DNA of 24,000 nucleotides, taken from the NCBI GenBank assembly GCA_018697095.1, contig JABHSG010000001.1:162169-186168 (forward strand), written 5' to 3'. The notes below the pieces were generated by a model that was not told the DNA's origin, did no database searches, and saw only the letters and a list, made by a program, of their open reading frames with translations. The first letter of the stretch is position 1; each line of letters opens with the position of its first letter. Shown in pieces: positions 15,854-23,095 of this stretch. Origin of the DNA: an archaeon (GTDB lineage: Archaea > Nanobdellota > Nanobdellia > Woesearchaeales > GW2011-AR9). The position numbers and the translations under genes were made by a program.

Positions 15854-15876
15854 TTTTTTATTTTTAATATTTTTTT
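15854..15876 (+). terminator. oligo-T terminator after rps8e (T6, T5, T7)
   Basis: Three T-runs lie within 35 nt of the stop codon. Confidence 0.45.
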
Positions 15877-15898
15877 AATCATTTCTAAGTACCAAAAA

Positions 15899-15937
15899 GC
15901 CACTGGTCACTGGTCAACCCCGGCCGGAGTTTATATA
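15899..15937 (+). promoter_or_regulatory. G+C-rich element (tandem CACTGGT x2 plus palindrome CCGGCCGG) abutting a consensus TATA box TTTATATA (15930..15937)
   Basis: GCCACTGGTCACTGGTCAACCCCGGCCGGAG-TTTATATA is a striking local G+C island in AT-rich intergenic DNA. The predicted transcription start near 15960 gives a ~54-nt leader to the small ORF at 16014. Confidence 0.45.
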
Positions 15938-16013
15938 CCTCACAATAAATTACTTCTATAATCAGGTAGCTAAAGAAAAACGATTTCAATAGCCTACCAA
16001 AAGAGGTGAAAAA

Positions 16014-16169
16014 ATGTCAGATATGAGTATGAAAACAATCAAAGCTTTGTTTGAAAGACAAATAAAACAAGTGACTCTTCAAACAGTTGGTGCAAATACT
16101 TCGCCACACACAGTTGCAGAATCACAATCTAGAGTATTCGATTTCCAAATGAGCGGAGGATGGGTCTAA
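16014..16169 (+). CDS. candidate small protein (51 aa), below the ORF-track threshold
   Basis: The ATG is preceded by the strong SD GAGGTGA (16003..16009) with a 4-nt spacer. Translation by hand gives MSDMSMKTIKALFERQIKQVTLQTVGANTSPHTVAESQSRVFDFQMSGGWV. The unit has its own promoter and a downstream hairpin. No family was recognised. Confidence 0.4.
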   Translation: MSDMSMKTIKALFERQIKQVTLQTVGANTSPHTVAESQSRVFDFQMSGGWV

Positions 16170-16170
16170 A

Positions 16171-16299
16171 ATGATAAAAATAAATAAAAATAATCAAAAA
16201 TACGAACGAATAGCTTACTTGTTATGGAAATACCAACATGAAACTATTCCAACAAATAACTCTTTTCTTTTCGAACACAATTCCTTTTCTTTGGCTTAG
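16171..16299 (+). CDS. candidate second small ORF (42 aa), coupled to the first
   Basis: The ATG begins 1 nt after the upstream TAA. GGAGGA (16155..16160) lies 10 nt upstream. Translation gives MIKINKNNQKYERIAYLLWKYQHETIPTNNSFLFEHNSFSLA. The AT-rich, low-complexity N-terminus makes this weaker than the first ORF. Confidence 0.2.
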   Translation: MIKINKNNQKYERIAYLLWKYQHETIPTNNSFLFEHNSFSLA

Positions 16300-16324
16300 T
16301 CCATCCCACCCACACCTCTATGTA

Positions 16325-16362
16325 GGGGCGGCTATGCTGCCCCCACTTTCTTATTTCTTTTC
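16325..16362 (+). terminator. G+C-rich hairpin GGGGCGGC-TAT-GCTGCCCC followed by a T-rich tract
   Basis: An 8-bp stem (one G-U pair) lies at 16325..16343, followed by ACTTTCTTATTTCTTTTCT. It sits between the small-ORF module and the tsaC promoter. Confidence 0.4.
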
Positions 16363-16396
16363 TGCCAAATTAATTTCAAACTTTTTTTTCAAAACA

Positions 16397-16404
16397 CTTA
16401 TAAC
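16397..16404 (+). promoter_or_regulatory. TATA-like box CTTATAAC for tsaC; leaderless
   Basis: The box centre is 26.5 nt upstream of the ATG at 16427. Confidence 0.4.
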
Positions 16405-16426
16405 TACAATTATCCCAACCAAGATT

Positions 16427-16999
16427 ATGGAAATCTTAACAAAAAGAGATGTAGAAGTCCGTAAAAACGAATTAATTTCTCGTGTCAAAGATGGTGCGAT
16501 TTTCATTTACCCAACAGACACTATTTATGGGATTGGTTGTGATGCCACAAATGGAATTGCGATTCAAAAACTTCGTGAACTAAAAAAACGTCCAATTGAT
16601 AAGGCACTTTCAGTTTGGGCCCCTAACAAAAAATGGATAGAAGAAAACTGTGATATCTCCAGCGATAACGCAAAAGAATACCTTCCTCTTCTTCCTGGAA
16701 AATATACTCTTCTCATTCCTTTAAAAAATAAAAAAGCAATTGCAAAAAATGTTGCACCTAGCAAAGAATTCCTTGGTGTAAGACTCCCAAACCATTGGTT
16801 TAATTCTTTCATTAATGATTTAGAAGTTCCAATTATTACAACATCAGTAAATAAATCTAGTGAACCATTTATGACTTCAATAGATGACTTAGATCCAAGA
16901 ATTGGTAACTATGTTGATTTTATCATAAGTGTTGGAGAAATCAAAAATAAACCTTCTAAGATTGTTAATTGTAAAACAAAACAAATTATTAACAGATAA
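16427..16999 (+). CDS. tsaC: threonylcarbamoyl-AMP synthase, YrdC-domain-only (TsaC type)
   Basis: The ORF track gives 16238..16999, but its first 63 aa look like translated intergenic sequence and overlap the hairpin and promoter. The conserved domain starts at MEILTKRDVE...GAIFIYPTDTIYGIGCDATN...LKKRPIDKALSV. There is no C-terminal Sua5 domain. Confidence 0.75.
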   Translation: MEILTKRDVEVRKNELISRVKDGAIFIYPTDTIYGIGCDATNGIAIQKLRELKKRPIDKALSVWAPNKKWIEENCDISSDNAKEYLPLLPGKYTLLIPLKNKKAIAKNVAPSKEFLGVRLPNHWFNSFINDLEVPIITTSVNKSSEPFMTSIDDLDPRIGNYVDFIISVGEIKNKPSKIVNCKTKQIINR

Positions 17000-17014
17000 A
17001 GATAAAACTGCAAA

Positions 17015-17023
17015 ATATATAAA
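17015..17023 (+). promoter_or_regulatory. TATA box ATATATAAA for the membrane-protein gene; leaderless
   Basis: The box centre is ~27 nt upstream of the ATG at 17047. Confidence 0.45.
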
Positions 17024-17046
17024 CCATAAAAATTACCTTAACTAAG

Positions 17047-17718
17047 ATGGTTGATTTTAGCATAATTCTTACAGGTATAATCACTGGTTTTTCTGAGATC
17101 TCAAAAGCACCATTTCAAAAATTAGAAATCTGGTGGTACTTATTTCCAATCATCTCACTTTGGTTCATTCTTGAAATTTATTTTGGAGAACACAAAACAG
17201 AGAAGATGGGATGGAATACTGCCCTAGCAAATGGATTTTCATTAAGTTGGGTAACCATCGAATCTATGCGTGTATTATTTGCAGAAAATTATGAACCATT
17301 TACATTAAGGTTCATCATTATCTTACTTGTTCTGATGTACAGTGCATTCACAATTTACGTAGCATTCACACACAAATTTAAAGATAAAATTGCTTTTGCT
17401 ATCGCTGGGAACACACCGATATATTTTACCTCTGCTGTCTTAATTTTATGGTCACACGACACATTTAGTTTAGGATTATACACAATAATTGACCTACTTA
17501 TCCTTTTTGGGATAGCTCTTTTATTTTCATACCTCCTAAGAAAGTTTCTTCCAGAAAAAGCATCTTCAGGCGGTGATGACCACGAATATGAAAAAATGGG
17601 TTTCGATGACAATAGTTCGTCATCCCCTCCATCTGATTTTTCATCGCCAAACCAAGATTCATCCAGTCCACCTAGTGATAATTCAAGTGACAACGCATTT
17701 TCAAATATGTTCTCATAA
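17047..17718 (+). CDS. polytopic membrane protein of unknown function with an S/P/D-rich C-terminal tail
   Basis: 223 aa with about 5 hydrophobic helices. The tail DDNSSSSPPSDFSSPNQDSSSPPSDNSSDN contains SSSPPSD twice. Confidence 0.6.
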   Translation: MVDFSIILTGIITGFSEISKAPFQKLEIWWYLFPIISLWFILEIYFGEHKTEKMGWNTALANGFSLSWVTIESMRVLFAENYEPFTLRFIIILLVLMYSAFTIYVAFTHKFKDKIAFAIAGNTPIYFTSAVLILWSHDTFSLGLYTIIDLLILFGIALLFSYLLRKFLPEKASSGGDDHEYEKMGFDDNSSSSPPSDFSSPNQDSSSPPSDNSSDNAFSNMFS

Positions 17719-17746
17719 TTATTAAAAAAATAAACTAAAAATATTT

Positions 17747-18829
17747 CTAAAATTCTAACTTTTTCCCATCAATATAAATCACTGGGTCTTTAAAAGTCTG
17801 ATCACCATGAAAAATAGTTTTAATTTCTCCACCAAACCAAGAATTACTGCCAATTCCAATATGTGCTGTACCCTCAACTTTTTCATCCATAAGAGCAACA
17901 CCCATTAAGTTAGCGTTCGAATTTATTCCAATTCCAAATTCACCAATCAACCTAACCCTTTCAGGATATTTCGCTCTAGCCTCAAAAGTTTCAAAGGTTT
18001 CAAGCAAAAGCTGCGCCTGATCTCCAACAACACTTACTATTCTTCCTTCTTTTATTTCAAGAACAACTGGTGAAGAAATAAGGGTACTTCCTTTTTCATG
18101 ACGTAAACTCCCATCAATTACAAGTTTCCCATTTACTCCACGACTTCCCTTAGGTGCAATATATACTTCCCCTGCAGGCAAATTTCCTCCACGCCCACTC
18201 TCATTATAATTCCCATCATTACTAATTGCTTGCATTCCTTCAATATCAATTAGAAGTTCAGTTCCAGCCTCAGTCCAAACTCTTATCTGTTTCCCTTTAT
18301 CAAGAAGTTTTTTGATTAAACGTCCTTTTTTTTGCATTCGCACATAATTTACATTCATAGCTTCAACAAATAATTCAAATTGGGAATTTCTCGCATCTTT
18401 AAGCCCACTAGCTGAACCAAACCTATGTCCATTTTCTTTACAAAATTTTCGAAAACTTCTTTTTTCACCAAATCGCCCTAATTTATTAGAAACACAAACT
18501 ATCACAACTGATTTTGGTGGCAAACGTTCAAGCGCATTTCTTACGTGTTCATCTACATGCATAAACCCTTTTTTTTCTTCTTGAATTGCTAAATGAACAT
18601 TGTAACCTTTTTGCTGTAAACCAAGATAATATGCTCTAGCCATCATCAAAGCTACATTATGGCTGGGCGACCCATAATCTGTTATAATCAAAACATGTTC
18701 AGATTTAACTGGTTTCAAGCATTGCCTTGCCACAGAAAAAAAAGTACTAGCATAGCGTATAGCCATCTCCTCAAAAGGTTTCTCTAAAGAAAACATAATT
18801 AAATTGTTCTGCAAGGAACTTATAAACAT
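17747..18829 (-). CDS. aminopeptidase, peptidase family M29 (AmpS/PepS-like)
   Basis: 360 aa. Motifs present are GNLPAGEVYIAP, IGEFGIGINS and MDEKVEGTAHIGIG. The true start may be the internal Met at 18796 (MFSLEKPFEE). Confidence 0.75.
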   Translation of the reverse strand: MFISSLQNNLIMFSLEKPFEEMAIRYASTFFSVARQCLKPVKSEHVLIITDYGSPSHNVALMMARAYYLGLQQKGYNVHLAIQEEKKGFMHVDEHVRNALERLPPKSVVIVCVSNKLGRFGEKRSFRKFCKENGHRFGSASGLKDARNSQFELFVEAMNVNYVRMQKKGRLIKKLLDKGKQIRVWTEAGTELLIDIEGMQAISNDGNYNESGRGGNLPAGEVYIAPKGSRGVNGKLVIDGSLRHEKGSTLISSPVVLEIKEGRIVSVVGDQAQLLLETFETFEARAKYPERVRLIGEFGIGINSNANLMGVALMDEKVEGTAHIGIGSNSWFGGEIKTIFHGDQTFKDPVIYIDGKKLEF

Positions 18830-18850
18830 TATTAGGCTAAAGAGGCCTTA

Positions 18851-19816
18851 TTATTTTAGCGCCTTGGATATCTTTGCAATAAAAAATCCACCAGTATTGT
18901 TATCTTGTGGCCAAACACGAATAGTTTTCTTAACTTCAGAGCTATAAGTCTTACCTTCAAAATTAACTACAGGTTCTCCACGAATAAGTCCAGGCAAAAC
19001 AGATTCAGGCACTTCAACTATTTCAGCACTTTCTCTGTTTTTTAGCAGAAAATCTACTATTCCCTCATCCTCTTCAGGCTCAAGTGAACATGTTGAATAA
19101 ACCATTTCTCCACCTGGTTTCAAATTATCAAATCCTGCAAGGATCAGTTTTTTCTGCTGTCCCGCAATCTTTTTTACCATATTAGCGTTCCACATCCGAA
19201 TTGTTTTCAAACTTTTACGAATAGTTCCAGTTCCACCACATGGCGCATCAACTAAAATCTTATCAAATTGTTTTCCAGATATTCTCTCACCATTCATAAT
19301 AGTAATAACAGTGTTTGTAACAGCGCAACGCTGCAAATTCATACCAAGAGCTGTTGCACGCATACCTTTGTAATCGTTAGCGAGTAAAAGTCCACTATTT
19401 TTCATCATTGCAGCCATTTGAGTTGTTTTACTTCCAGGAGCAGCGCACATATCAAGAACTACTTCTTCTGGTTTTGGAGCAAGAACAATTGGAGGGATCA
19501 TAGACACTGATTCTTGTACATAGATTTTTCCAGATTTATATTCAGAAAGGTTTCCAACATCACGACGATCATCATGTTCAATCCAAAAACCTTCTTTACA
19601 CCAAGGTATTGGTTCAAGTTTCCATCCTTTAGCTAAAATAGAATCTCGTACTTCAGCTACATTTGCACGCAAAGTATTAACTCTAATAGCGCGCCTTGGA
19701 AAACAAAGACAATAATGTTTAAATTTCTTGAAATCTGTCAGTTCACTATACCTTTCAATAAATTTATCTTTAAAGATATATTTCTCTGTTCCAGGTATTG
19801 GTTTTGGTTCTGCCAT
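18851..19816 (-). CDS. NOL1/NOP2/Sun-family RNA (cytosine-C5) methyltransferase
   Basis: The ORF track gives a GTG start at 19831. The ATG at 19816 (MAEPKPIPG) has a TATA box 26.5 nt upstream. Motifs present are DMCAAPGSKT, LANDY, VDAPCGGTGTIRK and YSTCSLEPEE. Confidence 0.85.
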   Translation of the reverse strand: MAEPKPIPGTEKYIFKDKFIERYSELTDFKKFKHYCLCFPRRAIRVNTLRANVAEVRDSILAKGWKLEPIPWCKEGFWIEHDDRRDVGNLSEYKSGKIYVQESVSMIPPIVLAPKPEEVVLDMCAAPGSKTTQMAAMMKNSGLLLANDYKGMRATALGMNLQRCAVTNTVITIMNGERISGKQFDKILVDAPCGGTGTIRKSLKTIRMWNANMVKKIAGQQKKLILAGFDNLKPGGEMVYSTCSLEPEEDEGIVDFLLKNRESAEIVEVPESVLPGLIRGEPVVNFEGKTYSSEVKKTIRVWPQDNNTGGFFIAKISKALK

Positions 19817-19838
19817 GAAAGCAAAAAGCACAAGCTAC

Positions 19839-19846
19839 TTTATAAG
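19839..19846 (-). promoter_or_regulatory. TATA box (CTTATAAA on the minus strand) for the RNA m5C methyltransferase / aminopeptidase pair
   Basis: The box centre is 26.5 nt upstream of the ATG at 19816. Confidence 0.45.
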
Positions 19847-19896
19847 AATAATCTAAATAATCTCAAAATCAAGAAAAACAAAGAATCAGTAATAAC

Positions 19897-20793
19897 TTAT
19901 TTTCTAACGCCAGAACTCTTTCTAAGATATTCAACTACTTGTTCACAGACTTTTACGGCTGCTTTATGATAATCCTCTACTGGGTCTTTATCATTTTTAA
20001 CCAAAACATCAAGTACCCTATCAGACCCATCATCATTTCTTTTAACAGGCAATTTCCCTACCTTAATTTCAAAAAGTTCTCTTTCTGGGTGAGTAAGACG
20101 TCGCAAACGCGCATAGATATTCTCAACAACAGAAAGTAGTTTTAATTTATCATAACTCCCTTCTTCATCTGTAAGTTCAGAAAACGCATTATACAATTCT
20201 CTTGGAATCACAATTTTTTCTCGAAGTGTTTTTGATCCCCCTTTTTTATCACTATAAACTCTACCAACAACAAAATTAATTGCTTTACATTTATCTTCAA
20301 TAGCTCTAATTGTAACTTTTACTTCTTCTTCAGCAAGTGGAATTTTTGGAACTTCAGTTCGAGATTTGACTCTCTTGCTATGTTCTTTAACTCTAACTGC
20401 ATTATCAGATAAGATATGATTTCTATTAACTGGATGTACAAAGCTAAGTATCATTGCATAAACATAAGATACCACTAAATTCAAAACAGCCAAAATCCCC
20501 CCATCCATTGCAGCAAACTCAGGAATTAAACTAAAAGTCCAAGCAACGTAATACAAAATTGAAAAAACAAGTGGCAAAAGATATACTAAAGCTACAATTG
20601 TTTTACCTAATTGAAGTAAAGTGAAAATTGTTACTAAATACAAAAGAACTGGTAAAAACCCTAGTGCTACTACAAAAGGATTTTCTGGTATAGAAAGTGA
20701 AAGCAAGAACAAAAAAGCAATATAAACCCCAAAACATAAAACCATCATTGCACGCAAACTAAAATCATGTGCTACTCTAGCAAGTTTTCCCAT
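19897..20793 (-). CDS. membrane-anchored protein of unknown function (N-terminal ~4 TM helices, C-terminal ~170-aa soluble domain)
   Basis: The ORF track gives a TTG start at 20805. The ATG at 20793 (MGKLARVAHD) has a TATA box 26.5 nt upstream. No recognised motifs. Confidence 0.55.
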   Translation of the reverse strand: MGKLARVAHDFSLRAMMVLCFGVYIAFLFLLSLSIPENPFVVALGFLPVLLYLVTIFTLLQLGKTIVALVYLLPLVFSILYYVAWTFSLIPEFAAMDGGILAVLNLVVSYVYAMILSFVHPVNRNHILSDNAVRVKEHSKRVKSRTEVPKIPLAEEEVKVTIRAIEDKCKAINFVVGRVYSDKKGGSKTLREKIVIPRELYNAFSELTDEEGSYDKLKLLSVVENIYARLRRLTHPERELFEIKVGKLPVKRNDDGSDRVLDVLVKNDKDPVEDYHKAAVKVCEQVVEYLRKSSGVRK

Positions 20794-20815
20794 ATTACTT
20801 ATCAAACAAAATGAG

Positions 20816-20823
20816 CATATAAA
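20816..20823 (-). promoter_or_regulatory. TATA box (TTTATATG on the minus strand) for the membrane-protein gene
   Basis: The box centre is 26.5 nt upstream of the ATG at 20793. Confidence 0.45.
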
Positions 20824-20842
20824 CGTTACTATAAGTAACGTT
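20822..20842. promoter_or_regulatory. perfect 9-bp inverted repeat AACGTTACT-ATA-AGTAACGTT in the divergent gap / membrane-protein intergenic region
   Basis: A 21-bp dyad sits directly upstream (BRE side) of the minus-strand TATA. A second GTTAC...GTAAC pair lies at 20866..20886. Confidence 0.4.
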
Positions 20843-20907
20843 CAAAAATCAAAGATTTTTGTTAGGTTACGGCTATAATGAGTAACTGTCAACAAAATTT
20901 ACAAACA

Positions 20908-20915
20908 AATATAAA
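20908..20915 (+). promoter_or_regulatory. TATA-like box AATATAAA for gap
   Basis: The box centre is ~29 nt upstream of the ATG at 20941. Confidence 0.4.
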
Positions 20916-20940
20916 TCAAAAATGTATACTAAACAAATAG

Positions 20941-21957
20941 ATGGCAATCAATGTAGCAATCAATGGGTTTGGAAGAATAGGTAGAATGTTCTTCCGTGCA
21001 GCGCTAAATGACAAAAAAATAAAAATAGTCGCAATTAACGATTTAACAGATCCAAAAGAATTAGCTTACCTTCTAAAATATGATTCAACTCATGGAAATT
21101 TAAAAATTCCTATTTCTAGTAAAAATAATGCACTTAAAATAAAAAATAAACTAATTCCAGTATTCGCTCAAAAAGACCCATGTGATTTACCATGGAAAAA
21201 ACTCAAAGTTGATGTAGTCATAGAAGCCACAGGATTTTTTGTTGACCCAAATTTGGCAATGGCTCACATTGAAGCTGGCGCAAAAAAAGTATTAATAACT
21301 GCTCCTGCAAAACCAAAAAATAACAAAACAAAATATCTCACCGCAGTCTTAGGAGTAAATCTAGCAGAATTAAAAAAATCCAAAAAAGATAAAATAAAAA
21401 TTATTTCAAATGCTAGTTGTACAACTAACTGCGTAGCTCCAATTCTAAAAGTAATCGATAAAAAATTTGGAATAAAGTCTTGCCTTTTTTCCACAATTCA
21501 CGCTTATACTACAACCCAAAAACTACAAGACGGAGTTTCAAAAGACCCTAGAAAAGGAAGATCTGCAACACAAAATATTATTCCAACAACTACTGGAGCC
21601 GACATTGCAACAGTAAAAGTTCTTCCAAACCTTAAAGGGAAATTAAAAGGCATGGCTTTTCGCGTACCAATTAGTAATGGTTCTGTAACAGACTTTGTTA
21701 TTGAAACCAAAAAAACAATCACAAAAGAACTTGTCAATAAAGCTATTATGCTTTCTTCTAAAAAAGAAATGAAAGGTATTATTGAATACACAACAGATCC
21801 TTTGGTAAGTAGCGATATTATTGGAAACCCTCATTCTGCAATTTTCGACTCACAATTCACAGAAGTTATTTCAAAAAACAAACTAAAATGTATTGCATGG
21901 TATGATAACGAGTGGGGCTACAGTTGTAGACTTGTCGACATAGTTAAATTATTATAA
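20941..21957 (+). CDS. gap: glyceraldehyde-3-phosphate dehydrogenase, class I (bacterial/eukaryotic type)
   Basis: 338 aa. It has the N-terminal NAD-binding motif VAINGFGRIGR, the active-site motif SNASCTTNC, and the C-terminal WYDNEWGYS. Confidence 0.9.
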   Translation: MAINVAINGFGRIGRMFFRAALNDKKIKIVAINDLTDPKELAYLLKYDSTHGNLKIPISSKNNALKIKNKLIPVFAQKDPCDLPWKKLKVDVVIEATGFFVDPNLAMAHIEAGAKKVLITAPAKPKNNKTKYLTAVLGVNLAELKKSKKDKIKIISNASCTTNCVAPILKVIDKKFGIKSCLFSTIHAYTTTQKLQDGVSKDPRKGRSATQNIIPTTTGADIATVKVLPNLKGKLKGMAFRVPISNGSVTDFVIETKKTITKELVNKAIMLSSKKEMKGIIEYTTDPLVSSDIIGNPHSAIFDSQFTEVISKNKLKCIAWYDNEWGYSCRLVDIVKLL

Positions 21958-21980
21958 TTCAATTAAAATTCCAAATATGC

Positions 21981-22949
21981 TCAAGTTAAAATAATATAAG
22001 GATCTTTAAAAGTAGCCAAATCTTTTTTTCTGATTTTCTTAGAAAACTGAGAATCTCCAACTCCAAATGGATTAAACCTACTTGTATAATGGATTTCTAA
22101 AACTAATCGGTCTTTTTTCCTACACCTAGATCCATAATGTAAACATTTTGACGTATCAATAATCAATGCAGAACCAGCAGGCCCAATTAGTTTATTTGCT
22201 TTATCAGGTGACACATAAGCATAAACTTCTTCATCACTAAGTCTTCCACACTGATAATTCATGTTAGACAAAACTAAGTCTGAGTCAGTTGAATCCAAAA
22301 AAGTGAAAGGACCAGTGCCTAAGTCAACATCTTGAATTGCTAAAAAAAGTTTTATCCTATTATGTTTGATCCCATCTAAATGATAAAGTTGGGATTGGGT
22401 AGTCAAATCATTAACCACAGAATTAAGCAAATTAATCTCTCCAAGAAGTGGTCTTTCTCCAAGATATTTTGAAGCAATTTGAACCATTGTTTTACTAGTT
22501 GCAAATTCAACTACTGGGCGTATTTCTTCAATATCCAAGAAGTCTTTCATTTTCCCTTGATTATCTAAAGAAAAGATTTCACCATAAAACTGTTTATCAC
22601 GTTTACTCGCAGTTCCTTCTTTTCTATTATAGGCAATCAAGGCTCCTTTTTTCAAATTAAACATCTTATCGCAATAAACACGTAATTCTTCAATTCCAGG
22701 GATTGAATCATTCTCAACATGAAAATATCCTTTCTTGTGATCAACTATTAAATTAGAAGGTATATCAGAGACTAAATCAGAAACTTTACTCAAGCGGTTT
22801 GCATAGGAGAAAGGGTGTAACAATCTCCTCCATTTTGCAAATGTTGGAAAAATAAAATTTCTTTTAAATCCAAATTTTAGCAAAACAAACAGAGCAATCT
22901 TATCTATCCCGACTCTTCTTGCTTTAAGCAATTTTTCATGAAATCCCAT
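21981..22949 (-). CDS. putative Fe(II)/2-oxoglutarate-dependent oxygenase, PhyH-like
   Basis: 322 aa. It has a candidate HxD...H facial triad (LYHLDG ... KCLHYGS) and a LFLAIQDVDLGTGPFTFLD block reminiscent of phytanoyl-CoA dioxygenase-family proteins. This is motif-level evidence only. Confidence 0.45.
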   Translation of the reverse strand: MGFHEKLLKARRVGIDKIALFVLLKFGFKRNFIFPTFAKWRRLLHPFSYANRLSKVSDLVSDIPSNLIVDHKKGYFHVENDSIPGIEELRVYCDKMFNLKKGALIAYNRKEGTASKRDKQFYGEIFSLDNQGKMKDFLDIEEIRPVVEFATSKTMVQIASKYLGERPLLGEINLLNSVVNDLTTQSQLYHLDGIKHNRIKLFLAIQDVDLGTGPFTFLDSTDSDLVLSNMNYQCGRLSDEEVYAYVSPDKANKLIGPAGSALIIDTSKCLHYGSRCRKKDRLVLEIHYTSRFNPFGVGDSQFSKKIRKKDLATFKDPYIILT

Positions 22950-23064
22950 ATTAACACCATAAATCAGTATAAACTAAATTTAATCTTAGAATTAATAAAC
23001 TTTTTCAAAAATACAAGACCACTATAGATTCTCCAGAAGACTATATCACTTCTTCCTAACAAAC

Positions 23065-23072
23065 TTTATAAG
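23065..23072 (+). promoter_or_regulatory. TATA box TTTATAAG for the methyltransferase-like gene; leaderless
   Basis: The box centre is 27.5 nt upstream of the ATG at 23096. Confidence 0.45.
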
Positions 23073-23095
23073 ATAGCAATAGCAAACAAGCGCAA

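Noticed and set aside
15940-16362. Structured RNA gene (SRP RNA or RNase P RNA) explaining the G+C islands between rps8e and tsaC
   Set aside because: I found no RNase P CR-I-like GAGGAAAGUCC and no SRP helix-8-like motifs. Most of the interval is AT-rich and reads well as SD-led ORFs. It is kept only as an alternative in the finding.
16238-16426. N-terminal 63-aa extension of the YrdC ORF given in the ORF track
   Set aside because: The extension is hydrophobic and low-complexity. It overlaps the second small ORF, the G+C hairpin/T-tract and the TATA box. The conserved domain and TATA spacing support the ATG at 16427.
16564-16812. 82-aa minus-strand ORF in tsaC
   Set aside because: Antisense shadow ORF.
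17355-17693. 112-aa minus-strand ORF in the membrane-protein gene
   Set aside because: It is antisense to an ORF that has a proper TATA-spaced start and TM helices.
19715-20139. Plus-strand ORFs 19715..19969 and 19939..20139
   Set aside because: They overlap the 5' end of the RNA methyltransferase gene, its promoter, and the 3' part of the membrane-protein gene. Their translations are AT-rich and low-complexity.
21264-21834. Three minus-strand ORFs inside gap
   Set aside because: They are antisense to an unambiguous GAPDH gene.
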